A stretch of 63,070 nucleotides of DNA, the filler included, from Chthonomonadaceae bacterium (GTDB taxonomy: Bacteria; Armatimonadota; Chthonomonadetes; Chthonomonadales; Chthonomonadaceae), in NCBI GenBank assembly GCA_035650735.1. It is 3 parts of 3 records of this genome, joined end to end, with 100 filler letters (N's around TTAATTAATTAA, not from the genome) between each part and the next. Parts side by side here need not be neighbours in the genome. Positions count along the whole stretch, not along the records: positions 1 to 29,451 come from DASRGZ010000105.1; 2 more parts are not named here. One strand, given 5' to 3'. A program made the position numbers and the translations under genes. Below the pieces are notes generated by a model, which saw nothing but the letters and a program-made list of their open reading frames with translations, was not told where the DNA came from and searched no databases. This document shows, piece by piece, positions 1 to 8,659 of the stretch (position 1 is the first letter of the stretch; every line of letters starts with the position of its first letter).

Positions 1-1556
1 CCGCCGCCAACGCCGCCGCCGCCAACGCCGCCGCCGCCAACGCCGCCGCCGGTGCCGCCGCCGGTGCTGACAAGCGGGTTAGTCCGCAGGATGACCGCAT
101 TGACCAGGTAGCGGTAGGTGTTGCCCGGAGTCAGGCCGGTCGGCAGGCCCGGGAAAGCCACGGTGACCTGCACGCAGGAAACGTTGCCGCCCGTTCCGCC
201 CGTGCCGCCCGTTCCGCCCGTGCCACCGGTGCCGCCCGTGCCGCCGGTACCGGTGCCGTTGTTGCCCGTATTGATGAACTGGCCGGCGGTGCCGACCAGG
301 TAGTTGAGCAGACGGTTATCCGGTCGGTCCACAAACTGGCGGAACGTGGCGGAGGCGATTCCGATGGGCGGGTTCTGGATGAAGACGTTGTTGCCGGTGC
401 CGCCCGTGCCGCCGCCGGTACCGCCCGTTCCCCCTGTGTTGCCATTGCCGTTATTGAGGAGGTTGCGGGCGAACGGGAAGTCGGGGTCGCGGAAGATCTT
501 GTACTGCTGGATGTTGGCCTGCCCGAAGATGTTATCCCGCCAGGTGATGAGGACTTCCGGGGTAGTGCCCTCTGTGGTATCCTGGGCGATGACGTCCTCG
601 GTGGTGGCCGAGCCGCCCTTGCTCGCTGCCGTCAGCAGCACGCCCAGGCCCAGCACGGTCAGCACGCTGCCGATGGTGGTGAAATTGACGCGCCCGGCGC
701 GCTGGGTGCGCTCCACCTGGCCTCCTGCCAGAATGACGCCGGGCCGATAGAGCACCCGCGCGGCATCTTCGGGCTTGATGCCGCCGATATTCTCGGTGAC
801 TTCGGCTTCCGAATCGGTGGCGTAGGAGCGGGCGACGCGCGCTCTGCCGACAGGCACGTTATCGCGCAGGATGATAACATCGTCTCCGACCTTGATGCCA
901 TCACGCAGGCCCCGGTTGAGAATGACGATATCCTGGTTGATGTTAAGCACGGTGGCCGGAGGGATCTGGCGCTCGACGATCCGGCGCACGGTTTCCGAGG
1001 CAGCGTTGTTGGTCGCCTCGATGAGCAGCGCCTCTGGGTCGTCCAGGCCGGGGCGGGGCGGGGCTTTGCCGACGGCCTGCCCCCCGTTAATGAGCTCGCC
1101 GGAGGCGGTCTCCATAATGGTGACGGTCAGGCCGACGGTGGCGCCGCCGCCTTTGACATAGCGGGCTATATCTACGCTGCCCTGGACAACGCCGGCGGCG
1201 CCCAGCTGGCGGGCGATGCGCCGCAGCTCCTCTTTGGTATAGGCAGCGCGCTGTCCGGGCTGGCTGGGCACCCGCAGGCCGAGCTCTTTGGCTGCGTTCT
1301 GGACCTCCTGGGGCTTAAAGACCGTGAACCGTCCGGAGTTGCTCAACTCCACAACGACGGCATCGGTGGCGGACCGCGCCAGGGCCTCGCCCCCCTCCTT
1401 GGTATTGTTTACGAAGTCGGCCACGATCACGTCCATGGTCGCCGTCTGCTGGGCTTGTGCGCCTTGCATCCCCAGCAGCAGGCTCGGCGCGATCAGGGCC
1501 ACTGCCAACAGCCACGCGAGCACGCGGCTGACAGGACTCCTGCGAATGCCTTTCAC
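1..1556 (-). CDS. Secreted protein with CsgG/FlgT-like N-terminal region and Gly/Thr-rich repeats (3' end runs off the window)
   Basis: Absent from the ORF track because no stop falls in the window. GTG at 1556 follows GAGGAG. Translation VKGIRRSPVSRVLAWLLAVALIAPSLLLGMQGAQAQQ (signal peptide), then VIVADFVNN..DAVVVELSNSGRFTV..IARQLGAAGVVQGSV, ..VILNRGLRDGIKVGD (FlgT C-terminal-like), then (GGT)n and (GGGGV)n tracts. Confidence 0.75.
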   Translation of the reverse strand, partial: MKGIRRSPVSRVLAWLLAVALIAPSLLLGMQGAQAQQTATMDVIVADFVNNTKEGGEALARSATDAVVVELSNSGRFTVFKPQEVQNAAKELGLRVPSQPGQRAAYTKEELRRIARQLGAAGVVQGSVDIARYVKGGGATVGLTVTIMETASGELINGGQAVGKAPPRPGLDDPEALLIEATNNAASETVRRIVERQIPPATVLNINQDIVILNRGLRDGIKVGDDVIILRDNVPVGRARVARSYATDSEAEVTENIGGIKPEDAARVLYRPGVILAGGQVERTQRAGRVNFTTIGSVLTVLGLGVLLTAASKGGSATTEDVIAQDTTEGTTPEVLITWRDNIFGQANIQQYKIFRDPDFPFARNLLNNGNGNTGGTGGTGGGTGGTGNNVFIQNPPIGIASATFRQFVDRPDNRLLNYLVGTAGQFINTGNNGTGTGGTGGTGGTGGTGGTGGTGGNVSCVQVTVAFPGLPTGLTPGNTYRYLVNAVILRTNPLVSTGGGTGGGVGGGGVGGGGVGG

Positions 1557-1963
1557 TCTATCGTCTCCTCCCTCGTCATCCCCCACCCTGAGGGTGAGCG
1601 GGTCCTGGGCAAAGCTGCCCTTTCGATTTACTTGCGGTCTGTTTCCATCCACGCTCGTCTGGATAGTGCCCCATTGAGTTCGTGATTTAATATTGAGCCT
1701 TTGAGAGAACCACGCTGGATGGGGGGCTACCCTCGCCTGCGGGACGAGCGCAACAAACGTGCCGCTGGTATTGCAGAAGGAGCTTCCATCGGCACCCACC
1801 CTGATGCTCTTTTGCGAGTCTGGACCCGCAGCAGAGCATCAAGGCGAGTGTACTAAGCCGGTCTGCCATCCAAGCCCGTAGTGTTCCGTGAGGTTGTTTC
1901 TACGCACTTTGGCGGCACGGCAACTTAGCGAACTCAGGGGTAAGTTTCCCCTATCACCCTGTT

Positions 1964-4900
1964 TTACCGAGGCACCAGCAGCGGCACCGAGCGGCGCACC
2001 ATGTGGCCATCCTTATCTATGGCGCGGACTTCGACGGTGTAGAGGCTGCTCGGCACCGTCGCGCCCTGGTCGTTGGTCAGATCCCAGGTCGCATCGGCGG
2101 AGCCAGCGGCGCGGGTGCGGCCCGGCTCGACGGTGCGGATATGCCGGCCGTTCTGCTGGATGCTGATCTGAACGGTTGCATCGGCCGTCAGCATATAGGA
2201 GATGCCGACGGACTTGACGGCCCGTCCATCCGCTCCGCCGTTCAGGTGCGCGCTGAGATTGACCAGTTCCAGCGGCTGCCGCACGGCCCGGCGCACTTCC
2301 AGGCGGAAGTGGCGGGTAATGGCACTGCGGCCCGCCGGAATGGTATAGCTGCCGCGCGCCCGCAGATCCATCTTGGTGTTGGTATCCAGGTCGGTCAGGA
2401 TCAGGTCGTTCCTGCCGGGAACGGCGGCGGCGTTGGGCCAACTGAGCGTGACCGGCGTGTTGGGCACGTTGGAGGTGACGGTGAACTCCCACTGCTGGGT
2501 GCTGGCCGTCGCCGAGCGCACATCCATGCTATACTTGCCGGATTTATCCGCCCAGTCGTTGTGGTCGAACGTGAGCGTGACGTTCTGCTGGCCGATCAGC
2601 GGCGGCGCCTCCAGCTTGTACTTGTCGTAGGCATTGGTCGCCGCGCGGTTGACGCCCAGGTATCCGGGCGCGGAGAAGACCTGCCCGGCGCGGGCCGTCA
2701 GGTGCAGCCTCCAGCCCTGGCCGGAAGCGTTATCCAGATCGACGGCGCGCGTGGCGGCGCCGGAGTTGCGTTTGGCGCTGCGATTCAACTGCTGGGCCGG
2801 GTCAAGCACCAGCTTGGCCGGCTGGAAGACGCGCAGCCAGTAGCCGCGCCAGGGCTCGATGGTATAGGCGATCTGGTACTGGCCGTTCTGGAGCGTCCAG
2901 AGCGCCCCGCCGATGACCGGGTTCGGGCCACCCTGAGCGGTGGGAATATCTATCTGGGTTCCGTCCGCCAGCTCGATCTTAGAACTCAGGAAGTCGAGCG
3001 TGAAGGGGAATGGATCGCCTATCAGGTTCCATCCCGGCACCAGGTCGATCTTAAAGGGCGTTCCCGGCGTGGTCGGCAGCGACGTGCCCTGGGTCGTCAG
3101 CGCCATGTTCTGCGTGTAGGCCAGGAAGTAGCCACGCCCGATGTGGAACGTATCCGCCGGCGGGGTCGGATAGGACACGTAGCTCGTGCCGGTCCAGGCA
3201 AAGAACAGGAACTTGCCGTTGGTCCGGTCGGAGGCCGGGATGCCGAGCAGGTCCCCGACGTCGGTCGTGTAGCCGTAGGGCGCCGAGACCATCGAAAGCT
3301 GGGCAGAGAAGGTGTGCAGGGGCTCCAGGGTGAAGTTGACCCCCTTGGTCTCCTGCCCGGACTGGATGGTGACGCCCTGCGTGGTGGGCGAGGCAGTATA
3401 ACCGGCCAGGCTGGCCGAGGCGTTGAGCGTCTGGCCCGCCGGCACGTTATCTATCTTATAGTTGAAGGTGTAGCCGCCGACCGTCTGCGCCGCGCCCGTC
3501 GTGCCGGTGGCGACGACGTTGCCGTTCGGGTCGGTGAGCGTGATGGTCACGCCGGCCACCGGCTGATTGTCCGAGGTGCGCGTTACCAGGCCGGAGATGC
3601 TGCCGGGCGGGATTGTGCTGAGCGCGAAGTCCACGGTGAGCGTGTCCTGGCTCTTCAACGTCACGGAGACCGAGCTGCTGGTGGCGTAGCCGGGCGCGCT
3701 GGCCACGACGCCGTAGACGCCCGGATCGAGGTTGTTGATCGTGTAGGTGCCATCGGCGGCGGTGGTCGCCGAGACGGCGCCCGTGCCCGATACCGGCGTT
3801 GCCGTTACCGTTGCGCCCGCGATGGGCGTAGTGGTTCCGGCTTTGGTTACCTTGCCCTTGATGGCGCCGGGCAGGGGCTTCAGCTGGAAGTCCTGCCCGC
3901 CGGTGTCCTGGGCGGCGGTGACGGTCACGTTCTGGTAGCTGGGCGGCACGCTGGAGGCGTAGCCTAACTGGTTGAGGTTGGTAATGGTGATATCGTACTT
4001 GCTGGCCGGAACGTTGGTGATGGTGTATCGGCCATCGGCGCCCGAGGTTGCAGTGAACTTATCGCCGGTCAGCACATCCTGGGCCTGCACCACGGCGCCG
4101 GAGACGGGCTGATTATCCGTAATCCGGGTGACCTTGCCGGAGATGCTGCCGGGCTGGGCCTGCGTCAAAAACAGGTTCACGACGCCCTGATATCCGCCGT
4201 GGAAGAAGGTGCCGTCGGCGTGTTGGGCCAGGAAGCCCGGCTTAAAGGCATCAATCGAGTAGATACCGGTGGCATCCAGTCCGTTCAGGATGTAGGTGCC
4301 ATCGCCGAGAGTCAGGGCTGTAGCCATCGTCTGACCGGTGTAGGCCGAGACGGCGCGAACGAGCACCCCGCCCAGAGGCGTGGCGCCGGAGACATCGCGC
4401 ACCTGCCCGATGATGCGCCCGGTGCGCAGGAAGTCGCCGACGTTGTGGACCATCTCCGTGCGGCGGTTCTTGCTGGCGATGATGTTATTGCCCGGGGAAT
4501 AGGTCTCCGGATTAATCGATTCCCAGGGGGCCGACGAGAAGACGACCTTGGAGTGCTGCGTCGTGTCAACGAACCAGGTGATGCAGCTGCCGCCCTGGGA
4601 ATAGGTGCCATCCACCTGCGCTACGTCGGTGGCCGGCGCGGGGAGGAAGTCCACCACATCGGGCGAGCCGGGGTTGAGCGCGCTCCACTGGCGGGGCGTG
4701 TTGGGAATGCTAGCCAGATAGATCGGCCCGGCCGACGGTGGGTTATCGTTGCCGGCGTTATCGAAGGGCAGGTAGATATGGACGACGACCGGAGAGGGGC
4801 TCCAGTATTCGGTAGAGATGGGATGGGTCGTGCGGCCGTTGACCAGATTGATCTGGAAATTTTGCACCGGCGGGACGGCGCTATCCCGATTGAAGTTGAC

Positions 4901-7540
4901 CTTGAGTACCTGGCTCAGGAAGGCGTTGCCGCCCGGGCTTCCGCCCAGCGTCAGCCCCCAGGCGATGTCCTGGCCATTGACGAAGAGGCGTCCACCGCCC
5001 TTAACCCAGTTGGTCAGGCGGGTCTGCGTGTCGCCGTCGAGCAGCGTGCCGGGCCCAACGAAGAGGTCGCCGGTATAGGGCGCGTGCCAGATGATGCATC
5101 GCTCCGCGACGGTGACCGGGCGACTGCTGCCTCCGCCGGAGATGATGTCCGGCGGCTGTATCTCGACGTGGGCGGCGTAGTTGGCCAGCACCGCATCGGG
5201 CACGGGGCCGCGGCTCAGGATGCGCCAAATATCGTAGCGCTGCGTGACCGGGATGCCGCTGCCGTCATCGTTGAGCGCATCGCGATAGGAGTTGGCGCCC
5301 AGCGTGTTCTGGACATCCACGAGCGGATGCAGCATCCCGCTATTGTCTATCCATTGCGTGGGCAGCAGGTTCGGGTCGATCTCGGTCATCCAACTTTCGG
5401 TGGGGATGCCGTTGAAGAACAGATTAAAGAAGGTTCCCACGCCGAAGTGGGTCTGGAAGAAGCGCTGGCCGCAGTCATAATCGCTGACGTAGAGCAGCTG
5501 GCCCCGCGATTGGAACGGCTGGGTGGTGAAGCCCCAGATGTTATCGTAGATCTTCCAGTTGCTCTGCTGGGTGGTATCGAACGGATTGACCGCGCGGTCA
5601 TAGACGATGACATCCAGATACCAATCGCTTGGCAGGGTGGAGGGCGTCGTCCAGTTGGCCGTATAGACGCCATCGCCGGCGGTCTCCCCTTCGGGCTCGT
5701 GGCCGCCCTTGGAAACCGGGCCATCGTCATAGAGCTGGAGCCAGAACTGGGCATCGGGCGGATGGGCGCTGCCGGAGAAGGCGAACTGGTCGTCAACGCC
5801 GGCCGCGTATTTGTTCGGGCTGGGCCAGCCGGCGGGTAGCCCGCCGCCGCCCGTGGACGGCGCCCGGAAGCTGTAATCTGTGGGGTTAATCGCCTGGCAA
5901 TCAACTTCGTGCGGCACATTCACCGCCGCCTGCCCTGTGTTAAACGCATCGTTGCTGGGCACATAGACCTTGTGCTCGATGCCGTCGGCGCTCTGCTGCT
6001 TGCTGTTGGGGTTCTTGATCTGGATATAGACGGCGGAGACGCCGGTCTCATAGTCGGCGGCGCGCACGCGGAAGCGCACCGTGTCGCCAGCCGTCACTTC
6101 CCGCGCGCTGACTTCAGGGGACGAAGCGCGCGCGACGTGGACGATCTCGTTCTTGGTCAGATCATACCTGAGCAGCGTGGGCGCGTTGAGGTCAAAGATG
6201 GTGGAGGCCCAGAGGTTCAGGTTGCCGCCTCGGTCGCTCTGGAAGGCGATACGGTACGAGTTTTGGAACTGCGGCCAGGTCGGCCAGTCCTCGTTGGAGG
6301 TGAAGGCCGGATCAAAGGCATGGGCCGGATCGGTCTGGTCAATGGAGGTATCCGGCGTACTGGTGCGCAGCTTGAAGGCGCGGTTGGTCCCGGTTTCGGC
6401 CGGGAAGGCGGGCATAAAGTAGATATCGTAGGTGCTTTTGACATCCACGGGCACGCCGGGCTGATTCGGGTCGCTATCGGCGCGGGTGCTGGCGAAGGCC
6501 AGAAGCAGCGACCCGCTCGGCACGATGCCGCGCGGGTCCGGGCGGGAGGTGCTCCAGGCCGGGTTCTTGTTGTTGCTGGGCGTGCCGTTGACGGTGCTGA
6601 CAAAATTGGTGATGCGCACGGCAAAGCCGTTGGTGGGGCCGGGGGTCATCACCCAGATATCGTCGTTGCCCTTGGTGCCGGCAGAGCGGTTGGTAGCGCC
6701 AGCAAAGCCGGTGGCGTTGGAGGTAAAGGCCAGCGCCCGACCGTCGGGCGACCAGGCCGGCGCGTAGTCGTTGGCCGGGCCAAAGGTCATCTGCTGGATG
6801 ACGCCGGTATCAATGTTGACCTGGAAGAGATGGTAGGTGACATCGTTGACCAGGCGGCCCGCAAAAGCCACCAGCACGCCGCCCGGCGACCAGGTCGGAT
6901 GGCGCACATCAATAAAGGTCAGGTTGGAGGCGTTGGTCGCCGTCAGGGAGCGGATGTCGCCGGTGTTGAGATCCAGCACGAACAGGTTGTAGCCGGTGGT
7001 GCCGGAGCTGGCGACGTAGGCCAGACGGTTGCCGTTGGCCGAGACGGACGGCTCGATCTTGTTATCGGTGCCGCTGGTGATCTGGGTGACGCCGGTGCCG
7101 TCCGGGAAGATGCGGAAGATGTTGAAATTGGTCCCGATACCGGTGTTGCTGTCGCTAACGCGGTTGCTGGCAAAATAGATGTACCGCTCGTCGGCAGACC
7201 AGTAGGGATTCTGATCCTGGGAGGGAGCGGGGATAATGGAGTTCCGCTGGGACGGATCCTGGCGCGTCAACAGGATGGTCTGGCGGGGAACGCCCACATC
7301 GCCGGGCGCGCGGGTCCTGCTGAAGAAGTCGCGCGGCAGCGCCCGGCGCGTGACCGAAGGCGGTATCGCAGGCAGGTCACCCACAAACTGATGCTGTATG
7401 CCGGACGCGATGGATATCGGCGGACGGGCCCGGTTCTGCTGGGCCAGGGCCGCGCTGCAGGCAGCAAAGAGTAGACTGAGTAGCAGCAGGAAAGCAGGCA
7501 GCGTATGCCGGACGACGCTGATCGGTTTGGCTCTTTTCAA
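1964..7540 (-). CDS. 1858-aa secreted multidomain protein: PD40/TolB-like beta-propeller, choice-of-anchor X-like motif, 4 carboxypeptidase-regulatory-like repeats, C-terminal FlgD Ig-like domain
   Basis: TTG start with GGAGG RBS and a signal peptide. PxWSPDG repeats, LYDDG..GDGVYT, four GSISGxVT...PVxGAxV repeats, C-terminal 'ATWDLTNDQGATVPSSLYTVEV'. Confidence 0.85.
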   Translation of the reverse strand: MKRAKPISVVRHTLPAFLLLLSLLFAACSAALAQQNRARPPISIASGIQHQFVGDLPAIPPSVTRRALPRDFFSRTRAPGDVGVPRQTILLTRQDPSQRNSIIPAPSQDQNPYWSADERYIYFASNRVSDSNTGIGTNFNIFRIFPDGTGVTQITSGTDNKIEPSVSANGNRLAYVASSGTTGYNLFVLDLNTGDIRSLTATNASNLTFIDVRHPTWSPGGVLVAFAGRLVNDVTYHLFQVNIDTGVIQQMTFGPANDYAPAWSPDGRALAFTSNATGFAGATNRSAGTKGNDDIWVMTPGPTNGFAVRITNFVSTVNGTPSNNKNPAWSTSRPDPRGIVPSGSLLLAFASTRADSDPNQPGVPVDVKSTYDIYFMPAFPAETGTNRAFKLRTSTPDTSIDQTDPAHAFDPAFTSNEDWPTWPQFQNSYRIAFQSDRGGNLNLWASTIFDLNAPTLLRYDLTKNEIVHVARASSPEVSAREVTAGDTVRFRVRAADYETGVSAVYIQIKNPNSKQQSADGIEHKVYVPSNDAFNTGQAAVNVPHEVDCQAINPTDYSFRAPSTGGGGLPAGWPSPNKYAAGVDDQFAFSGSAHPPDAQFWLQLYDDGPVSKGGHEPEGETAGDGVYTANWTTPSTLPSDWYLDVIVYDRAVNPFDTTQQSNWKIYDNIWGFTTQPFQSRGQLLYVSDYDCGQRFFQTHFGVGTFFNLFFNGIPTESWMTEIDPNLLPTQWIDNSGMLHPLVDVQNTLGANSYRDALNDDGSGIPVTQRYDIWRILSRGPVPDAVLANYAAHVEIQPPDIISGGGSSRPVTVAERCIIWHAPYTGDLFVGPGTLLDGDTQTRLTNWVKGGGRLFVNGQDIAWGLTLGGSPGGNAFLSQVLKVNFNRDSAVPPVQNFQINLVNGRTTHPISTEYWSPSPVVVHIYLPFDNAGNDNPPSAGPIYLASIPNTPRQWSALNPGSPDVVDFLPAPATDVAQVDGTYSQGGSCITWFVDTTQHSKVVFSSAPWESINPETYSPGNNIIASKNRRTEMVHNVGDFLRTGRIIGQVRDVSGATPLGGVLVRAVSAYTGQTMATALTLGDGTYILNGLDATGIYSIDAFKPGFLAQHADGTFFHGGYQGVVNLFLTQAQPGSISGKVTRITDNQPVSGAVVQAQDVLTGDKFTATSGADGRYTITNVPASKYDITITNLNQLGYASSVPPSYQNVTVTAAQDTGGQDFQLKPLPGAIKGKVTKAGTTTPIAGATVTATPVSGTGAVSATTAADGTYTINNLDPGVYGVVASAPGYATSSSVSVTLKSQDTLTVDFALSTIPPGSISGLVTRTSDNQPVAGVTITLTDPNGNVVATGTTGAAQTVGGYTFNYKIDNVPAGQTLNASASLAGYTASPTTQGVTIQSGQETKGVNFTLEPLHTFSAQLSMVSAPYGYTTDVGDLLGIPASDRTNGKFLFFAWTGTSYVSYPTPPADTFHIGRGYFLAYTQNMALTTQGTSLPTTPGTPFKIDLVPGWNLIGDPFPFTLDFLSSKIELADGTQIDIPTAQGGPNPVIGGALWTLQNGQYQIAYTIEPWRGYWLRVFQPAKLVLDPAQQLNRSAKRNSGAATRAVDLDNASGQGWRLHLTARAGQVFSAPGYLGVNRAATNAYDKYKLEAPPLIGQQNVTLTFDHNDWADKSGKYSMDVRSATASTQQWEFTVTSNVPNTPVTLSWPNAAAVPGRNDLILTDLDTNTKMDLRARGSYTIPAGRSAITRHFRLEVRRAVRQPLELVNLSAHLNGGADGRAVKSVGISYMLTADATVQISIQQNGRHIRTVEPGRTRAAGSADATWDLTNDQGATVPSSLYTVEVRAIDKDGHMVRRSVPLLVPR

Positions 7541-7652
7541 GGTGAGTCCTACCTCCTATGAAGCAACGCTTGGCACACTTGAGGGGGAAAACCGGGTTGC
7601 CGGGAGGGGGGGATTTTCCGGCGCTATGAGTAAGCTACTTTGTCAGGACGCG

Positions 7653-7681
7653 ATTATAACATAATCATCCGGAGATTGCAA
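7653..7681 (-). promoter_or_regulatory. Sigma70-type promoter for the large secreted protein gene
   Basis: TTGCAA-N17-TATAAT on the minus strand. Confidence 0.65.
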
Positions 7682-7702
7682 GAATTTTTTTCGGCCGGTT
7701 CC

Positions 7703-8332
7703 TCACAATCTTTGCCATTTCGGCTGACGGGGGGCAGCCTGGAGCCGTTGATAGAGGGCGGCGACGGCTTGGGCGACTTCCGAGATGCTTCCGTTGTTCT
7801 CGATGACGGTATCGGCGCGGGCGATCTTATCCGCCAGGGGGCCCTGCGCGGCCAATCGCTGGCGCGCTTGGGCTATATCCAGACCGTTGCGCGCGCGTAG
7901 CCGGGCCAGCTGGACGGCCTCAGAAGCGCTGACGACCACGATGTGGTCGAACCAGTCTTCCAGATGGGTCTCGAAAAGGAGCGGCACCTCCACGGCGATG
8001 ACCGTATCGGGGGGTAGGTCATCCAGGGCGCCCTCGATTTGGGCGCGGAGCAGCCGCAAAATGGGGGGATGGGTAATGCGATTGAGTTGAGCGCGGGCTT
8101 GCGGGTCGGCAAAGATCCGCTGGGCGAGCCGCGCGCGGTCGAGGGTGCCGTCCGGGCGCAGCATCTCCGGGCCGAAGGCCTGGGCGATGGCGCGCAGCAC
8201 GGGCCCTCCCGGGGCGAGCACGGCGCGGGCCGCCTCGTCGGCGCTAAAGACCGTTGCGCCCTGCGCTTGGAATAGGCGGGTCACCAGGCTTTTGCCGGTG
8301 GCGATGCCGCCGGTAATGCCGACGACTGGCAT
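7703..8332 (-). CDS. coaE: Dephospho-CoA kinase
   Basis: MPVVGITGGIATGKS Walker A, LDRARLAQRIF, EVPLLFE. The upstream ORF extension to 8566 is translated repeat DNA, so the start is placed at ATG 8332. Confidence 0.93.
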   Translation of the reverse strand: MPVVGITGGIATGKSLVTRLFQAQGATVFSADEAARAVLAPGGPVLRAIAQAFGPEMLRPDGTLDRARLAQRIFADPQARAQLNRITHPPILRLLRAQIEGALDDLPPDTVIAVEVPLLFETHLEDWFDHIVVVSASEAVQLARLRARNGLDIAQARQRLAAQGPLADKIARADTVIENNGSISEVAQAVAALYQRLQAAPRQPKWQRL

Positions 8333-8395
8333 GGACTTTGGACAGGGCCGCAGCGCTGCGGCCCTCACGCTAGAAGACTTTGCCCGGCCCGAAAG

Positions 8396-8654
8396 CGGCA
8401 GGCTAAACCCTGCCGCTGTGGGGCGCAAAGCGCCCGTCGCCCACGCAGGTGGGCGAGAAAGGCGTTTTGCCCGCGGAGGTGTCGCAAGGCAGAGCCGTGT
8501 CGCCAGGTATCGCCAGGCGGAGGCAAGGGCCGTAACCTTGCCGACCCTGGCAGTGGCCCGAACCATGGCAGGCCCGACCCTGGCAGTCCGTTGTAGCCCC
8601 GATCCTAGCAGTCAACGGGCCGTAGGCCCCACAGCGGCAGGGTTTAGCCTGCCG
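8396..8654. repeat. Mosaic palindromic repeat element (copy A) bounded by a perfect 29-bp inverted repeat
   Basis: CGGCAGGCTAAACCCTGCCGCTGTGGGGC (8396-8424) and its exact reverse complement (8626-8654), with internal CCGACCCTGGCAGT modules. Confidence 0.85.
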
Positions 8655-8659
8655 AGGGC

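Noticed and set aside
1557..1963. c-di-GMP riboswitch in the intergenic region (GGGCAAAGCTGCCC)
   Set aside because: Only a short hairpin, on the wrong strand for the motif, and lacking the second stem
2003..7474. Long + strand ORFs (654, 546 and 521 aa) opposite the giant secreted protein
   Set aside because: Antisense shadows caused by high-GC codon bias; no recognisable motifs
8333..8566. N-terminal extension of CoaE in the ORF track (likewise the GNAT extension to 29264)
   Set aside because: Translated repeat DNA upstream of a family-typical start; no support for translation
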